Assembly: GCA_038826135.1 (NCBI GenBank)
Contig: JAWBON010000012.1
Span: 1-26,772, forward strand
DNA: 26,772 bases
Reading direction: 5' to 3'
DNA from: Candidatus Odinarchaeota archaeon
Lineage (GTDB): Archaea; Asgardarchaeota; Odinarchaeia; Odinarchaeales; Odinarchaeaceae
Shown here one piece after another: positions 25,323 through 26,772 of this stretch (its first letter is position 1; every line of letters starts with the position of its first letter). The position numbers were made by a program, and so were the translations under genes. The notes beneath the pieces were generated by a model. That model saw only the letters and a program-made list of their open reading frames with translations. It was not told the DNA's origin and did no database searches.

Positions 25323-26165
25323 TTATAATGAGATTTTATCTTTAAGATCAGCCAACTCAATATTATCAGACAAACTCACATCATCTTCCATAATTGATAT
25401 AATCTTTTTTTCTATTAAATCCTGAGGTGATATTATATCAAACTCACCAGCTCTTTTCAAAGTGTATTTGGCGGTTTCAAGCAAATCCTGGTATATTAGA
25501 AACGGTCTGAAACTCATAGTCTTAATTTTATTTTTAGAGATAACATCCACAGGTATCGTGTTACCTTTTATATCGGGATTAAGATATTCTTCTTCAAGCA
25601 CATCCTCTTCCAGTATAGGGTAGTCAACGCACACCTGTTCAACTTGAACCGTTATCTTATTACCTGAGATTCTATCCCTACACCTCTTAATAATATACTC
25701 TAGATACTGTTTTAACGAATCCTTAACAGCGGCCCCTTCAAAGTATAATGGTAAAACATTTTCAAAATAGTGTTTTAAGAAATCCTCCACATCTTCCGAT
25801 AGAGTTGGAACTATTATCCGGGCGTTCAGTGTTTTATCCAGCCATGAGGTTAAACGCTCCCTAGGCAGTTCTTTGTTAAACCTGGTTTTCACAATGTTTT
25901 TACTCCAGTCTATGAGCAGACCCACCACTTCTAATACGAGTTGTAAAGTATTGATAAAATAAGTCTTATCTAATATTTTTCTATGAAATAATCTACGCGG
26001 AAGTATAAAAGTCGTCAACTCTCCGTTGATAACCTTATCAACTCTTAACGGAACTGGGACACATGTAAAAGGAAGCCCGTACGTTTTAGCAACATCTATT
26101 ATAGGAAGCATCGGAGCCGCGTCGTTACGGTGAATTGTATAAACATATTTTTTAAATAAGCCCAT
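25323..26165 (-). CDS. Hypothetical protein (280 aa)
   Basis: Long ORF co-directional with its neighbours; no motif recognised. Confidence 0.75.
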   Translation of the reverse strand: MGLFKKYVYTIHRNDAAPMLPIIDVAKTYGLPFTCVPVPLRVDKVINGELTTFILPRRLFHRKILDKTYFINTLQLVLEVVGLLIDWSKNIVKTRFNKELPRERLTSWLDKTLNARIIVPTLSEDVEDFLKHYFENVLPLYFEGAAVKDSLKQYLEYIIKRCRDRISGNKITVQVEQVCVDYPILEEDVLEEEYLNPDIKGNTIPVDVISKNKIKTMSFRPFLIYQDLLETAKYTLKRAGEFDIISPQDLIEKKIISIMEDDVSLSDNIELADLKDKISL

Positions 26166-26198
26166 CTAAACCACAATTAACCGCCTGAAAAATATATA

Positions 26199-26771
26199 TT
26201 ATATAATATTTATGAAAACACCTAAACTAAACACTATTACTATTACAGCCCAAGCTATACCCACATAAATTAATTTTTTTCTAAGTGTTTGAGGGTCTAA
26301 AATACTTTTATCCGGTATGATTCTATTATACATAAATGTCATAAGTATAAGCATAACCATTATAATCGTACCTAGCACAAGCACGTACCTGACTACAAAA
26401 TCATTTATACTCGCAATCCATAATGACACATACTCAAGGCTTGTTCTGGCGAAGTTACCTATTATAAATAAGTCTATAAGATTCCATGCTAAAAGCCATG
26501 TGAAAAACATAGGCAGTGAACGGTGTCTTCTTCTCACAGGATGCTCTATATTAAATGGTTTACGGTCTACGTAAAAAGCTAACACTGCAAAAACTAAAGC
26601 TACTAAATATAGGGCTAAACCACCCATTACAAAAAAAGTGTTTTCCTCTAATATAAAATAGCTTCCACCAATTTCCACTAGAAAAGCGCTGTAAGGGTAG
26701 CCTAACATAAAAGCGGACAACAAAGATAATATTATGAATATGAATCCTAAAAGTCCGGATAGTCTTTTTTT
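26199..26771 (-). CDS. Multi-pass membrane protein (5'-truncated by window)
   Basis: The frame is open to the window edge (KKRLSGLLGFIFIILSLLSAFMLG...); at least five hydrophobic segments. Confidence 0.7.
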   Translation of the reverse strand, partial: KKRLSGLLGFIFIILSLLSAFMLGYPYSAFLVEIGGSYFILEENTFFVMGGLALYLVALVFAVLAFYVDRKPFNIEHPVRRRHRSLPMFFTWLLAWNLIDLFIIGNFARTSLEYVSLWIASINDFVVRYVLVLGTIIMVMLILMTFMYNRIIPDKSILDPQTLRKKLIYVGIAWAVIVIVFSLGVFINII

Positions 26772-26772
26772 C

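Noticed and set aside
1-26772. tRNA, rRNA, CRISPR array, IS/transposase, integrase
   Set aside because: No T-loop/cloverleaf, regularly spaced repeats or DDE/tyrosine-recombinase motifs were recognised by eye; tRNAscan-SE and Infernal would be needed to exclude small RNAs.

Overview
Archaeal genomic window, AT-rich and gene-dense, with Shine-Dalgarno-like motifs before many starts. It is most likely from an Asgard archaeon. This is an inference from a Rab-like GTPase, a gelsolin-like domain and a Bud23-like methyltransferase sitting among archaeal-type uS7, Adk, PsmB and PDCD5 genes. About 33 CDSs are supported. Housekeeping genes include hflX, a LarA-family racemase, an isocitrate dehydrogenase-family enzyme, adkA, rps7, mobB, psmB, pheA and an SDR. 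I recognised no rRNA, tRNA, CRISPR array, transposase or integrase. The strongest signals: (1) a 148-aa winged-helix protein that resembles the eukaryotic E2F/DP DNA-binding domain along its length, including RRIYD, directly downstream of a Rab-like GTPase and near a minimal gelsolin domain and PDCD5; (2) a Bud23/WBSCR22-like rRNA methyltransferase head-to-head with an rps7 gene that has left its usual operon; (3) a SAM-methyltransferase/D-Ala-D-Ala-ligase-like fusion; (4) a LarA + IDH operon; (5) features absent from the ORF track: a decayed trehalose-phosphatase fragment, an 8-codon upstream ORF with its own ribosome-binding site, and a pair of divergent paralogous small proteins. All family calls come from motif recognition by eye; no database search was run.
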